Source: Bdellovibrionales bacterium
Lineage (GTDB): Bacteria > Bdellovibrionota > Bdellovibrionia > Bdellovibrionales > UBA840
Direction of reading: 5' to 3'
DNA length: 15,490 nt
Assembly (NCBI GenBank): GCA_037969075.1
Contig: JBBKWS010000100.1
Location: 1-15,490, forward strand
The translations under genes were made by a program, and so were the position numbers. Positions 14,952 to 15,490 of this stretch are shown one piece after another (position 1 is the first letter of the stretch; every line of letters begins with the position of its first letter). Below the pieces are notes generated by a model, which saw nothing but the letters and a program-made list of their open reading frames with translations, did no database searches and was not told the origin of the DNA.

Positions 14952-15490
14952 TAAGAATAATCAACTAGGTTTGAAAAGTACCTAGGAACTTGTGCTACAA
15001 CTAGCAATCTTTTTTTGTTAAATGGGTGAGTGATCTCTAGCGAATAAGAGTGCAGACATAGGTTTTTAAAGGTGTCCGTTTTTTTTCCGTACTTTGTATC
15101 GCCAACAACCGGGCAGCCAAGCTCATTCATATGCACGCGTATTTGATTTTTTTTGCCAGTAAGTAAATTGATTTTTACTAGACTGTACTTGTCAGTTTCT
15201 TTCATTACTTCATATTCAGTAATGGCTAACTTACCGGAATCATCTTTACTAGAATGAACAAAGTAGTCTTCATCTTCTTGTAAGTAACTACTAATTTCGC
15301 CTTTTGGCTTTTTTAGTTTTCCGTGCACGATAGTATAATAAGTTTTTATAGTAGTTTTCCAATTCTCTTTTAGATATTCCTGTGCCGCTGTAGTTTTTGC
15401 AAATACAAGTACGCCACTGGTAGCCTGATCTAACCTGTGGACAACAAAAACTGAATCTTTAGATCTAGGGTTACCTTTTCTGACATAGTG
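14948..15490 (-). CDS. RluA-family pseudouridine synthase (5' end outside the window)
   Basis: The frame stays open from 15328 to the window end and reads ...VFVVHRLDQATSGVLVFAK...KTYYTIVHG... (catalytic HRLD). Also LLTGKKNQIRVH, PVVGDTKYG, LCLHS, HP. Confidence 0.95.
   Translation of the reverse strand, partial: HYVRKGNPRSKDSVFVVHRLDQATSGVLVFAKTTAAQEYLKENWKTTIKTYYTIVHGKLKKPKGEISSYLQEDEDYFVHSSKDDSGKLAITEYEVMKETDKYSLVKINLLTGKKNQIRVHMNELGCPVVGDTKYGKKTDTFKNLCLHSYSLEITHPFNKKRLLVVAQVPRYFSNLVDYSY

Noticed and set aside
1..15490. CRISPR arrays, IS elements, prophage, tRNA/rRNA, long tandem repeats, phase-variable G/C tracts in the glycosyltransferases
   Set aside because: None seen by eye. Homopolymers are short A/T runs expected in AT-rich DNA, and all frames are intact.

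Overview
AT-rich bacterial chromosome segment that looks Bdellovibrionota-like (short flagellin, degenerate PilZ, gene order). This is an inference from pattern recognition, not a database result. The left part is a flagellar filament locus: fliC, flaG, fliD, fliS and a fliT-like gene. It has a perfect sigma28 -10 box before flaG and GGA-loop hairpins in the fliC and fliD leaders. A near-perfect sigma54 promoter at 3838-3853 then precedes a tightly coupled run of about 10 kb: TPR protein, stand-alone Maf N-terminal-like protein, GT9 glycosyltransferase, an unlisted 53-aa ORF, a second GT9, a helical-bundle protein, a pseudo-receiver histidine kinase, a single-domain response regulator, a degenerate PilZ protein, rsmD, coaD and an aminotransferase. 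The window ends with a DUF2802-like membrane protein, a 65-aa beta-rich protein and a convergent, 5'-truncated RluA-family gene. The best candidate for an undescribed system is the sigma54-linked TPR / Maf-N / 2xGT9 / helical-bundle module. It looks like a modular ('split-Maf') flagellin, or flagellar sheath, glycosylation machine that uses GT9 enzymes. No mobile elements, CRISPR arrays, tRNAs or rRNAs were seen.
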